A stretch of 64,000 nt of DNA, counting the filler, from Piptocephalis cylindrospora (taxonomy: Eukaryota): assembly GCA_003614145.1 (NCBI GenBank). It is 5 parts of 5 records of this genome, joined end to end, with 100 filler letters (N's around TTAATTAATTAA, not from the genome) between each part and the next. Parts side by side here need not be neighbours in the genome. Positions count along the whole stretch, not along the records: positions 13,479 to 26,846 come from KZ987943.1; positions 26,947 to 40,223 come from KZ987944.1; 3 more parts are not named here. The stretch is one strand, 5' to 3'. Shown here piece by piece: positions 21,663 through 33,815 of the stretch. A program made the position numbers and the translations under genes. Position 1 is the stretch's first letter, and every line of letters begins with the position of its first letter. A model generated the notes under the pieces. That model saw nothing but the letters and a program-made list of their open reading frames with translations, was not told the DNA's origin and searched no databases.

Positions 21663-23470
21663 ATGTCCGACCTTACCCAAGCCACTGCCGACCTTTCGTT
21701 GGAAAAACAAGGTACACAAGCCTTCAATTGCCCTTTCTCTCGATCAACGCTTCTACTCACGTCTCTACTCTATTAGATGCTCGCATCGTCCACGTTGACG
21801 AGACCCAGGGGAACGACTCTACCGGGGACGGAAGCGTGGAGAAGCCCTATGCCTCCACCATCCAGGCCTTGATCTCCCATCCTGCCCCAGAGAACATCAC
21901 TATTCACGTGCTCAAGACATCGGATGAGGATACCAAATCCGTCTATACTCCCATCTCGGGAGCTGCCTTGAAGAAGGCCAAGAAGCGGGCCGACGAGCAA
22001 ACCCGCAAGGCCCAGCGTGCCGCTGCCCAGTCCGCCGACGAGGAGGCGCGAAAGGCCAAGGCCGCTGCAGAGGATGCCGCTCGCTTGGAGGCTGCCAAGG
22101 CCATCCAGCTCACCGAGGACTCCAGCCTGCCCAAGGCCACCCGGTCCAAGATCGGTAAGCTCGGAGCTCTGCGTGGCCAGCGAGTCACTGTGTTTGGCTG
22201 GGTTCATCGCCAGCGTACCCAGGGTAAGGATATGCGCTTCCTTGTCCTGCGTGACGGTACCGGCTACCTCCAAGTCGTCCTCACTGGCCGTCTCTGCCAT
22301 ACCTACGAAGCCCTTACCCTGACCGCTGAATCCTCCGTCCGTGTGGTGGGTCAGCTCGAGGCCGTCCCCGAGGGGAAGAGCGCCCCAGGAGGCCATGAAC
22401 TTGTCGCTGACTACTGGGAGGTCCTGGGGGCCGCCCCCAGTGGTGAGGATGCCTTCAATTCCCGCCTCAACGCCGACGCCGATCCCTCGGTTCTCCTGGA
22501 TCAGCGTCACTTGGTCCTTCGGGGTGAGACCGCTTCCGCTGTACTACGGTGCCGTGCCGCCCTTCTTGCCGCCTTCCGTGACCACTTTGCCAGCTCGGGA
22601 TACACCGAGGTAACCCCCCCTTGCATGGTTCAGACTCAAGTTGAGGGTGGCTCCACCCTCTTCCAGTTCGATTACTATGGCGAAAAGGCATACCTGACCC
22701 AATCTTCTCAGCTCTACCTCGAGACCTGTCTCCCAGCCCTAGGGGATGTTTACTGCGTGGCCGAATCCTACCGTGCTGAAAAGTCTCATACCCGTCGTCA
22801 TCTCTCCGAGTACACCCATCTCGAGGCCGAGCTCGTCTTTGTTGATTTCGACGACCTCCTCAACTCCATTGAGAGTCTCATTTGTGATACTATCGACAGG
22901 GCTCTTGCGAATCCAGAGGTCGCCGCCCTTATCCAGCAACTTAACCCAGGTTTCAAGGCCCCCAAGCGCCCCTTCCGTCGCATGGACTATTCCGAGGCCA
23001 TTGAGTGGCTGGCCGAGCACAAAGTGGAGAAGACCCTACCCGATGGTACTACCGCCCCCTACGTCTGGGGTGATGATATCCCCGAGGCTCCTGAGCGCCT
23101 CATGACTGATACCATTGGTGAGCCCATCCTCCTTTGCCGCTTCCCCGCCGAAATCAAGTCTTTCTACATGAAGCGTGATTCCGTGGACCGTCGTGTCACC
23201 GAGTCCGTTGATGTCCTCATGCCTAATGTTGGTGAGATCGTCGGCGGGAGCATGAGGATCAGCGATATGGAGGAGCTACTAGAGGGCTATGCTCGAGAAG
23301 GTATCGACCCCACCCCCTACTACTGGTTTACTGACCAGCGCAAGTATGGAACCGCCGAGCACGGTGGGTACGGCTTGGGGGTTGAGCGCTTCCTGGCCTG
23401 GATCCTCAACCGGTACACAGTCCGTGATTGTTCTCTCTACCCCCGTTTCCCCGGCCGGTGTCTCCCTTAA
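21663..23470 (+). CDS. DED81: Cytosolic asparaginyl-tRNA synthetase; intron 21712-21776
   Basis: OB-fold GWVHRQR...FLVLRDGTGYLQ; class IIb motifs YLTQSSQLYLE, YRAEKSHTRRHLSEY, HGGYGLGVER; C-terminal YPRFPGRC. Confidence 0.97.
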
Positions 23471-23807
23471 GGTGTGAGTGAAGATGAACGAAGGCTGGAT
23501 TTGGTGAAGTTAGGGAGAAGAACGATGTAGAGGGAGTTGAATGGTAAATACACGGTTTTACCACGGATCTTCTATGTAAAATTTGCTCTGAAACATGTAA
23601 GTGTTTGGCAATGAAGATAGAGTAGGGATAGAGGGGTAAGCCCTCCAGAGGTTTACCATGAACAGCCCCACTTTTCTTCAAAGTCAACATGAAGTACTAT
23701 ATCAGTAGCACTCATATCCGTGCGTACATATGACGACATAAATGTATAGGATCTTCCAGATGCATGTGAACAAGAAAGAGAAGTAAAGAACCATACAATA
23801 ACGTCGT

Positions 23808-25271
23808 CTATTTCCCCGTATACCGTCGGACCACGTCCTCAGGCTCTGTATCCGTACTATCAGGGTCCCGGTCGGCAGGAAGGGATGAGGCTTGGCCAAT
23901 GGCCTTACCAGCCAAAGTCCGTGGAAAAAGCGCCGGCTCGGGAGAAGGGAGTTGAGCCATCTCTTCAATGTACCGTTGCTGAGCGTCCGACCCCATCGAG
24001 GGGGCAGTAGAGTCAGGAGAAGTGGGGAGAGAGGAGAGAAGGGAGGAGGAAGCCTGTAACTCTCCTCCAGATTTCTCATATTGCTTGTAGCAGTCCACCA
24101 AGCCCGAAAGGTTCTCTGGAAGGGTAAGGATCCCATCCAGTAACTCCTGAATAGCCTGCTCCCCGTCTCCCTTTCCAAGTGGAAATAGATCCTTTTCTGC
24201 TACTTCCACCTCCTCGATCGCCCTCTCCACGGCCCGGTCCAGCTCAGCGACCGACTCCTCTAATTCCGAGTATCCCTCTTCATCCTTGGACCATCTGTGA
24301 GCGTGAGAAAAGGGGATAGGGGGGTGAGCGACCAAGACATTAGATGCAAATACCCTAAACCCCCTCCATTCACCTACTCTTCTTCCTGATCCAGGGCCTC
24401 GCGCAATCGCTTCATACTACTAGGTCGAATAGAGAGGGTAGGAACCAGTGGATTAAAGTGCCCATCCCACCGAGAGTGAAAGCGTGGGGTCGTTAGGCCC
24501 TTCACAGTAGGATGGACGGTCAGAGTGAGAAGGCTAGCAATGTACTCCTCAGTCACACTAGACGGATCAACGTAGTAAGCATCCAGCTGCTGGCTAAACC
24601 CGGCGCCCGTGGTAAGAGGATGGGAAATGGAGGCTGGGCAGTAAGAGGTAATAATGGGCAGGGATGGGAGCCACAGAGGCAGATCGTGTAGGAGTTGCTT
24701 TATCCCCTCGTCAGTATCTCGGAGTGAGGTAGAAGAGGAGGAGAGGATGCGCACCAAGGATTGGTGGAAAAGCCGTGTCTGTTGGCGCAAGATTAGGTCC
24801 AAGGAAAGTGGTACACCAGTTGCCTGAGACTGAAGACTACTTAAGGAGAGATACAAGCCCAAGAGTGTAGGACTCAAAGAAGGTGGAGACGACGCAGCGG
24901 TGGTAGTAGGGGTGGGGGGGGAGAAGAGAAGTGGCGAGTAGAGCCAGAAGGTCTGGAGAGAGGTGCAAAGTCGATGGGGAAGAGGATGTGGAGGAACTAG
25001 GCACAGTAAACGAGGAGAAAGGTCGCACATCCTGAAGTCGGCATCCAGTGTGATAAATTAACGTGCTGATGAGAATTAGGAGAAGGCAGAAGAGAACAGT
25101 GCGACCTACCTGAACTGCAAGAACAATGGTAGAGGCTGCCTTGGAATGCACCCGACACGTCCTACGCGACCCTAGCAATAGCCCTTGCTGCATCACGCCT
25201 GGGGAAATCAAGCGAGTAGCCATCTCTATACCAGGACCAACGGGAAAATTTATATGGATCGTCGACAAATC
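23808..25271 (-). CDS. Multi-exon protein, tentatively Abraxas/ABRO1-like (MPN-minus domain plus coiled coil); 5' end unresolved
   Basis: Exon-like blocks about 25271-25110, 25031-24379 and 24294-23808 with GT-AG borders; QQGLLLGS and LLGLY...RLFHQSL motifs and coiled coil YSELEESVAELDRAVERAIEEVEVAEKDL. Needs a frameshift, plausibly at the G-run near 24914-24921. Confidence 0.45.
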
Positions 25272-25560
25272 CTACTGCCAGCGTCCGAAGAATATGCACT
25301 GGAAACCCCCCTTACCCTACTTACCAGGAGCTAGACGTATTTCGGGCAGACCGACAATGGGTGGACCAGTCCCCCGGGTCTTTGTGGGTGAATCAGGCAT
25401 GAAGGGGGCAACGGAGGGATCAGTGGAGGATAAAGGACAGGTCAATGAGGGGGGCGATGTTGTTGGAGAGAAGAAAAGGCAAGTAGAGAGTTTACCTGGG
25501 TGTGCGCTATGTTGTTGATGGTTTCCCTAACGGCTTGACTTGAAAAGCCATTTTATTTAT

Positions 25561-25748
25561 CCGTTTTGCGCACAAAACGGCACACCAGGCGGTGATGGCA
25601 ACCAGACCCAAACACCACTCTGCTACCAGGGCAGGAGAGGGCGTTGCGCCGAGCTCCAGGCTGGAGCTCTCGACGCCTATCCAGAACAGCACATATGACA
25701 CTCTGGGCTCTGGCCACCCATCACCACCTCATTGCCCCGTCTATATAA
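25561..25748 (-). ncRNA. Candidate structured non-coding RNA or transposon-end structure
   Basis: 12-bp stem AGGTGGTGATGG/CCATCACCGCCT with stacked stems whose G-U pairs work only on the minus strand, hairpin GAGCTCCA-GCC-TGGAGCTC, upstream TATATA, downstream TTTT within hairpin CCGTTTTG-TGCG-CAAAACGG. Confidence 0.4.
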
Positions 25749-26846
25749 GCCTCACAGATAGTAGAGGGAGAAGGAAAGGATGGGATATGGGGAGGATAAT
25801 CATGAACCCTTCTCTCTCCCATGTTTCTCTCCTCCTCTATCTCCATCCCCTCCCTCATCCCCCTTCTCGTCCCCTCCATCTCCTCCCTCGTTCCCCTCAT
25901 CACCCTTCTCCCTTGTCTTCTCTGCCTGCGCCAAGGCACCGCTGTCCCTCTGTCTCGAGTGCCTGTTGCGCTAGACAACGGAGCAACCATACGTTTTGGT
26001 ACAGTATTCGGAGCATACTCCGGTACAACAGCTATACCCTTCGTCGCGTTCTCGTCTTCACTCCTTCTCCTGTCTTTCTCCTTTCTTCTTCCCCTACGAC
26101 TAACCTTTAGAATAGGTGATCCACCATTCAATGTTCCAGTATATACCACTAGATAGCCCTCGGAGCACTGATTACGGATATATAAATTATTAGTGCCGGA
26201 CGTTATTATTTTTTGTTTTATTAATTAATTTCTTAAGTATGTAAATACTTCTTTAAAAGTCGGAATATAATTTAATTATTTTGGATTTTTTGCGGATATT
26301 TGTTTGAGGATGGATATTTTCAATAATGGAAAATGGAATAAAAGATAAGTAAAGGTGTATTAAGCGCTCCTAATGATATGCAGTGTCGCGGAGGGCAACT
26401 AAGAAAGCCTCCCAGAGGCCTTTGGCAATGTCATGCCTCCATATAACAAGGGCAAACGGGGGAGAAAAAGGAGGGAACAGGGGGGACAGGGAAGAAATTA
26501 GCGAAAGGATGTTTGTTCCAAAGTCTGGGGGAAAAAGGGGCAAAAGGGCCTCCTTTTGTAGCTGAAGAATACGAGAAAGGGGAGAAAAGGGATCAAATTT
26601 AGTATAGGGGACACCTCGATATCACGTGACTGCTACGCTCCTATTGGCTGATATTTACACTCCACATCTGCAGCACGCTCATCTACTATTGGCCAGAGTG
26701 TCGTTGATGTATCTAATTTCCCCACGAAAATACATCCCAAAAACCCCTAAAATCACCACCCGCCATCCTAAGCCCTAACTTTATACCTTCCTATGCCTAA
26801 GTACCCTAGACTCTAGCCTTCCAAAACAGCACCCAGACACACGTAA

Positions 26847-26946
26847 NNNNNNNNNNNNNNNNNNNNNNNNNNNNNNNNNNNNNNNNNNNNTTAATTAATT
26901 AANNNNNNNNNNNNNNNNNNNNNNNNNNNNNNNNNNNNNNNNNNNN
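26847..26946. other. Artificial contig spacer
   Basis: N44-TTAATTAATTAA-N44. Confidence 0.99.
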
Positions 26947-27167
26947 AGGTGGGGCACCTATTCTTCTCCTCTTCTGCCTTCTTCTTTTCTTCTTCTGCCT
27001 TTTTCCTCTCCTCATCTGCCTTCCTCTGCGGCTTTCCCACTCCCGCTTTTTTTTTCTTTTCTACCCCTTTCTCCCCCCCCCCCCCCCCCCCCCCCCTTCC
27101 CTCTTTCTCTTCGATTCATACCCCCTCCCTCTCTCCTTTCTACTCGATTCACCTCTCTTATCCCAGC

Positions 27168-27971
27168 ATGAGATGCCCTACTCTCTACACCCTTCTGCTG
27201 TGCACTGGACTCCTGGTCCTCCTCACCACCTTCCTTCTCCTTAAGGGCATTGCCTTTCGTGGTCCAAAACTCAACGACCTAGCCGGCTTTGAGAGCGACA
27301 ACATGTACCAATCCTCCGACCCCTCTCAGTTACTCGAGGAGGATGGGAGCTGGCTTGACTCCTTCAGTCGTTTCTCCTCTCCCTCCACCAAGGGCTCTCC
27401 CCAGGGCGGTGTCATCATGAAGGAATTGGGAAACGCCACCATCCGCGCTGAGCTTGGTCAAGCCACCTGGAGGCTCATCCACACCATGGCCTCCAGGTAT
27501 CCCAAGCTCCCCAATGCCGACGAGCAGATTGCCTTTCGATCCTTTGTCCATCTTCTCTCCCGGCTCTATCCCTGTGGACAATGGTATGGGACTGATGCTC
27601 AATTTGATCTATCACCCATGACTCCTCTCACTCTCCCTCCCCTCTTCCCATCTCATAGTGCTAAGCATTTTCAACAACTCTTGAAAATCCACCCTCCACA
27701 AACCGGGTCGAGGGATGAAGTGACCCAGTGGGCATGCAAGGTCCATAACATTGTCAATGAGCGTTTGGATAAGCCCCAGTTCAATTGTAGCCTCGTCCTT
27801 GAGACTTGGAAATGTGGATGTGCTGAAGATGGTGAAACAAAAGAAAATGACGAAGAGGATGAGGACGAGGACGAGAAGGATGCCGATGATGAGGATGATG
27901 GTACTGGTATCCTCACCGAGTTGACCTTTGGTGCTACCCTTACCGAGTCGATCGAAGCCGAGTCGACCTAG
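27168..27971 (+). CDS. ERV2: ERV2-type FAD-linked sulfhydryl oxidase; intron 27584-27658
   Basis: N-terminal anchor, RAELGQATWRLIHTMASRYP; splicing restores YPCGQCAKHF (CxxC); WACKVHNIVNERLDKPQFNC and C-terminal CGC. Confidence 0.93.
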   Translation: MRCPTLYTLLLCTGLLVLLTTFLLLKGIAFRGPKLNDLAGFESDNMYQSSDPSQLLEEDGSWLDSFSRFSSPSTKGSPQGGVIMKELGNATIRAELGQATWRLIHTMASRYPKLPNADEQIAFRSFVHLLSRLYPCGQWYGTDAQFDLSPMTPLTLPPLFPSHSAKHFQQLLKIHPPQTGSRDEVTQWACKVHNIVNERLDKPQFNCSLVLETWKCGCAEDGETKENDEEDEDEDEKDADDEDDGTGILTELTFGATLTESIEAEST

Positions 27972-28280
27972 AGAGTGATGTGCGCCCTATGATGGCATTA
28001 ATGGCAATGTGGAGCCGTGGAGCAAGACCTAGAAAAAGGACAGCTTTGATAGCCATGCCCTGAAGGAAGAGGACGCAAGAGGAGGAGGAGGGTTGCATGC
28101 CATGCCCTCCTCTCTTGATCTGAATGTATTTCCCTATTCACCAATCTTTCCCATGAGCTTTTCATTGAATGATGACCCTACTTGCCCAAAACACCCCAAG
28201 AAAAATAAAGTAGCGCAGAAAACGCTCATAAACATGCGTTCTGTCCATTCCATTCTTTAGATAGAACAATCGGCTCACTC

Positions 28281-28935
28281 TCACCCAAATAACGACCAGT
28301 CATGGACACACAGGGATGCCGCCGCACTGGGAAGGATGGATCCAAGCCACTCTACACCCCCATCCTCTCCTGTTCTCCCTGCAGGAGGAGTGGCCGAAAG
28401 CTCACCAGTGGGGTCATTCACGGTGAGTAACAGATCCGCATCCACCCTCTCCAACCGGATCACCAGCATCGACAATGTCAATGTATCCCGTGTCGTGCTA
28501 TTGAATTTGTTGACCTCCTGGGTCCCCACTAGCCCCCATACCTTGACTTCGTTAGCTCTGTGCTCCCCAGGCTCGAAAGTGAGTCAAATAGGCTGGTCGG
28601 CTCCCCTTTCCTCCAGTACAAACACTCCATACTTACGGAAGATGGGGAGTGACTCGTTCAGGGGATAGTGACTCTAAGCGACATACCTGACTGGCCACAG
28701 ATCCATTGTCCTCGGCCAATTGCTCAAAATGAGCCTTGGCCGGCTCCTCCACCTCAGGAGGCTCTAGGATATCCATCACCACACTCACCGCACTATCCAG
28801 GGCCAGATACACCTCCTGGTTGTCCGGCACCTGTCGTACATCCGATGCATCCATATATTCGGATGGCATCGCTGCACTGACCGCTCCTCCCCAGAGTGGC
28901 CGGGTGGTAAAGGTAGTTGCGTTTGATACGGGCAT
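28281..28935 (-). CDS. MOG1: Ran-binding protein Mog1; intron about 28635-28558
   Basis: RPLWGGAVS...DASDVRQVPDNQEVY...DILE; after splicing WGLVGTQEVNKF...RLERVDADLLLTVNDP...DWSLFG. Confidence 0.92.
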
Positions 28936-29847
28936 GTCTGTTTAGGGAAGAGTGATGCGAAGAGATAGAATGAGAGAAAGGGGAGTAGAGGAAAGGGCAG
29001 TCGGACAAGGACATAATAAATCAATCGCCACAGATCTAAACTTTCAGCGCGCATCAGCTGGTTTCACCTGCCTCTCCCACAAGCACACTCCGTCGGAGGA
29101 TTAGAGGAAACAATCTAGCCATCCGCCCAGCATTGTCCATCTTACCATGGAATGGTCAAAAAGACTGCATTAGCCTTCCAATGCCTCTTGCAATACATTT
29201 TCAAGTACTGGCCCAACACCTTGGTAATTGCACGAAGGGTGTATGGTACTAAATCACCATCTGATTTCTATTTTTATAGGTAACCTCTCCAAGATGCTAT
29301 TATTAATTGGATCAAATTACCTTCACCAAACCTGTATAATAAGTGGATTTACACTCACATATACCTATAGTGTTTTGATATAAAGTATTTTCACATCCCT
29401 CAGATATCCTATGTCCCATTAATCATCGTGGCTTCCTTTTTGTACGTTCAAGTACTTTCACTTATATAATAGACATGTTGAATCATTCAGTGACTGGCTA
29501 TAAAGGCAATGTGACGGGGAGAAGCATGCTGACCAAGACATCGTCCGCTTCTTTAATCATCCTTCAGGCTAGGAATGCAGCTTGGGCGAATAGACATAAT
29601 GTGCAACAACACCTTCACCCCTGGCCCTCCTATCATACTCCCTTCCTATACCCCACATGCCAGGGTGCCGACGGATGGTGGTGCAATGCTAGGTGGTCTA
29701 CTCCGGTTTTCACCGAAAGATAATGTAGCATCCCAGACTTACATTATTTAAAAAGGAAAAGTTACTCTCGTAGTAAGCAGCTATCCTCTACTACTAGGTC
29801 TATTCTCCTTCTGGCCCCACCCGCGCATCCCCTCTCAGGCCTACACC

Positions 29848-31345
29848 ATGCCTCTTCGATCCTCCATGTACCTTGCCTCTGGCCTACGTGGACTTGCTTC
29901 CACGGCCCGGGCCCTTCAGCCCCATGGGCCCATCCAGCTCCTCAGGCCCGGGTCCTTCTCCTCCAGAGCCTTTACCTCGTGTCAGACGCGTCGTGCTGGC
30001 CCCCTTGCCCCCAGGACGCGGCTTTCCCTTCCTTCCCTTCCTCAGAGACTTATCCAGAGCTTCAGGCCTCAATCATCCGTGGCCTCACCCGCGCCCGTCG
30101 CGTCTCAGTCGGCTCCCCCGCGTTCCATTGGATACTGGCTCCTAGGGTCCGGAACGCTCGTTTTTGGTATCGTCGTCCTCGGCGGCCTTACTCGCCTCAC
30201 CGAGAGTGGTCTCTCCATCGTAGAGTGGAATCTCATCAAAGGGATGAAGCCACCACGATCCTCCGAGGAATGGGAGGAGGAATTTGACAAGTACAAGCAG
30301 TTTCCTGAGTACAAGATCCTCAATCACCATATGGAGCTAGAAGACTTCAAGAACATCTTCTACATGGAATGGGCTCATCGTATGTGGGGTCGTGGGATTG
30401 GCATGGCCTTTCTCCTACCGGCTGCCTACTACGCCTACCGTGGCCATTTGAAAGGTGCCCTAGGTCGTCGCGTCCTAGCCATCGGCGGTCTCATTGGCTT
30501 CCAGGGGGCTCTTGGGTGGTACATGGTCAAGTCTGGGCTGGATGAGGCCTTGGGAACCACTCCCAATGCCGTTCCTCGTGTTAGCCAGTATCGACTGGCC
30601 GCTCACCTAGGCTCGGCCTTTGCCATTTATGCTGGTATGCTTTATACTGGATGGGATATCCTGCGGTCTAGACGCGCTATTCCTGCATCCTCCACAACCA
30701 CTGTTTCAGCCATGAAGAAAGTCATGGCCTTGCGTACCCCAGCCACCGGCCTAGCTGCCCTAATTTTTGTCACGGCCATGTCGGGTAGGTTGCATTATTA
30801 TTATTTTCACCATTAAGAAAAGTGATCGGGGATCAGGTGATATTCCTAGAGACTCCTGTATCTCCTTCTAATGTGCTCTTTACTCACCCCAACTCGCCCC
30901 TTGGTTCATAGGCGCCTTTGTGGCCGGGCTAGATGCTGGGCTTTTGTACGATACCTTTCCTCTCATGGGTGATCGTCTTGTCCCTCCCAAAGACGAGATC
31001 TGGTCCGAGAATTATACCCATGAGGGGTCAAGCCTCAAATGGCCCAACCTCTTTGAAAACCCGACGACCGTGCAGTTTAACCACCGTGTTCTTGCCACCA
31101 CCACCTTTACTGGTATCTCTGCTCTTTACTTTTATGCCCGGAGGCTTCCGTTGCCAGTACCGGCTCGTCGGGCCATGCAGGCTCTGATGGGTGTGGCGTG
31201 TCTTCAAGTATCCCTTGGGATTGGTACCCTTATTTATGGCGTGCCCATTGCCCTAGCAGCAGCGCATCAGGCTGGAAGCCTGGTCCTGCTCACCGCTGCC
31301 CTTCGTCTAACCCATACCCTGAAGCGGTTTTCCAAAAAGGGCTGA
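29848..31345 (+). CDS. COX15: Heme A synthase COX15; intron 30785-30911
   Basis: GGLTRLTESGLSIVEW, MEWAHRMWGR, VSQYRLAAHL, SG|AFVAGLDAG, VQFNHR, AAAHQAGS; mitochondrial presequence. Confidence 0.96.
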
Positions 31346-31599
31346 TCTTCCATGCAATGTGAGCAAAGAGCACCGTTTAGTAATAAAGGGAAGGATGTTG
31401 AATGAACGAGTGTCTCAGTACGAGGAATCCCTCCAGTATCTACGGCATCGCCCACACAAACACATATAGTTTAACGAGCGATGCACAACGAAACAGGACA
31501 CTTTATGACTAAAGAAGAGAAACGTGCACGGGGAAAAGCACGGCGCCGGCCATGGCCTTGGGTATGGAGATAGGATCCAAGGAACCAACCTTCCTTTCA

Positions 31600-32843
31600 T
31601 TACTTCATACGCTCAATCGCTGACTCCTTGTCGGCCTCCTAGAGACGAAAAGAAAAAATGAAAACGATAGGGTGAGTATACGCTTAGGGCAATACCGTCC
31701 TCGCAAAATCATAAGGACTTACATAACCTCCAAAGTTATAGTCGATACCGGCCTTCTTTAGTTGCTCACGCTTCTTCTTCTCCTTGCTAAGCAGGCGCTT
31801 CTGCATCTTCCTCACCTCTTCAAATGACTTGGCCTATACGGGAGATATGGGAGTGAGGTGGGCTACACTTCAAGCAAGGATAGGCCTTTTCATCAAATGA
31901 TCACATGTCCTCGCAAATATACCTTATTCTGATGCTTGGCAGCGATTTTACGGAAGGGAATGACACGAAATTTGCGCTCACATCCAAGGAACAGGTCAGG
32001 GTGCACCTTACCCGGAGGAATGACCTTGCCTATGCATCAACAAAAAAGAAGGGTGAGATGAAGAGGGCTTTGGGATACAGGTTAACCTTGTCGCCTCTCC
32101 ATCGACCTCCACTTACATTGAAGAAGATGACCAAAAAGAAGATAATTGTTCATCGTATCGGCCACAATCTCAGCAACCTCAACGGATCCAAACTCGATGA
32201 AAGCATAATGCTTGGACCGTCCAGTCTTACGGTTGCGCGAAATGCGAAGACGGGCCACATCGCCAAACTGACCAAAGTATGCACGCATCTCAGCCTCGTA
32301 AAACCCATGAGGAATACGCCCAAGGTACAGGACTCCAGAGGGTTCGTCGGCCTTTGGCTTCAAGGCGGCGATGCGCTGCTTCAACTTTACCTCCTCTTTG
32401 GGCTGAAGTGCAATAACGGGATGGTTGGCAGCAAGCTCATCTGTTTTGGCAATGGCTTGATCATCCTCATCCTCATCCTCAGAACTGTCCTCTCCCTCAG
32501 AGCTGTCCGCAAGATCTCCGATGGCCAGACGAATGGCCTCTTCTTCCTCCTCCTCCTCCTCCTCCTCCGCCTTTTCAGCGGCTGGCTTGGATAGACGGGC
32601 ACGTTTAGAATCAGCGGGCTTCTCAGAGACCTGGCGCTTCTTGGTCATGGTCTTCTCCTGGGCCTGAGACTTGCCATCCTTCTTCTCCATTACCTTCTTC
32701 ACTGTGGACGTCTTGACAACGGCTGGTGCAACCTGGCCACGGGGCTTACGGCCACCAGGGGCACGGGTCGACTTGGAGGTCTCGCCTTCCTTTCCACCAC
32801 GGGCCTTCTTGGCTGCTGAAGGATGTCTGGGGGCAATGGGCAT
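31600..32843 (-). CDS. NOP15: Nucleolar RRM protein Nop15/NIFK; exons about 32843-32117, 32029-31923, 31833-31723, 31638-31600
   Basis: GVLYLGRIPHGFYEAEMRAYFGQFG...SRNRKTGRSKHYAFIEF...MNNYLLFGHLLQ|CKVIPPGKVHPDLF...AGIDYNF. Confidence 0.93.
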
Positions 32844-33183
32844 GGTGAGGAAAAGTGCAATTGGAGATGGGGGAGTGGATTGGGTCGAAGGGAAGAAGGT
32901 AAGCCTACCGTCAGTTGAGAAGGGTGAACGTCCCATCCCATTTGAATTACCCTCCTCTTGTTCTTGTTCGCGAGTGTGCTGTGGATGGGCACCGCCTCTC
33001 TTAGACTGCAGCTTGGGGGCGGGGCAGGGCGGGGCGTGGTGGAAGAGGTGGGACATGCTTGCATTTTTTTTCTTTTTTTGCCCTCACTTCTTTCCAGTGT
33101 GTATGGGTAATTAGAGATCAATCTGACATACTGCACTTGGCTGTGCAGGAGGACCTCTGCTTATCTCCACACAAAAAGGGTAG

Positions 33184-33207
33184 TAGTAGTAGTAAACAGC
33201 GAAATGT
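33184..33207 (+). repeat. Dispersed motif TAGTAGTAGTAAACAGCGAAATGT, copy 3
   Basis: 24/24 identical to 3673-3696, on a different contig. Confidence 0.8.
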
Positions 33208-33815
33208 CCACACAAAAAGAGTACCCAATTCATCCATGCGTGTGTCATTCCATTGGTGCAAAAATTAAGTCATGGGTAAATTTCATTGTGTGTACCATTT
33301 TCCAGCTGTGAGCCGAGGAGACAGCCACATCCCAAGTGCAGCCCTGCCCTGGATGTACCTGCTCCGTTACAAAAAGCACCCCAACCTATACATACCAACA
33401 TCAACAATGCACACTTCATCATCAGACATGGCCTGGTCATACTGTTGACTCCGCCAAGCTCAATGCCACTCAACCTCATACCATCAGCGTGATCAGCACG
33501 TCCATCAGTGCGAAGGCGAGGTTCTTCTCCATTAAGACTAGCTGCGATATGAGCAGACTCTAAAGACTTGGCCTCTTCTCTTTCTTCCTCCCTCCTTCGT
33601 CATTCATTATCCTTTTCCTACATAACACCCGTTTCCCTCTCCCTCCCTTTCATTCTCATCTCCCTCTTCCTCCTCCCCCTTTCTGTTTAACTAGCCATTC
33701 TTAGCCCTTGTGTGATCTACCCTGTTCAGTCATAAGCTACCCATTCCCTTAGCCTCAGCCTCACCTTAACCAATCAACCGTCCGTTTCCGTCTCCTCATA
33801 CAATCTCTGTGTAAA

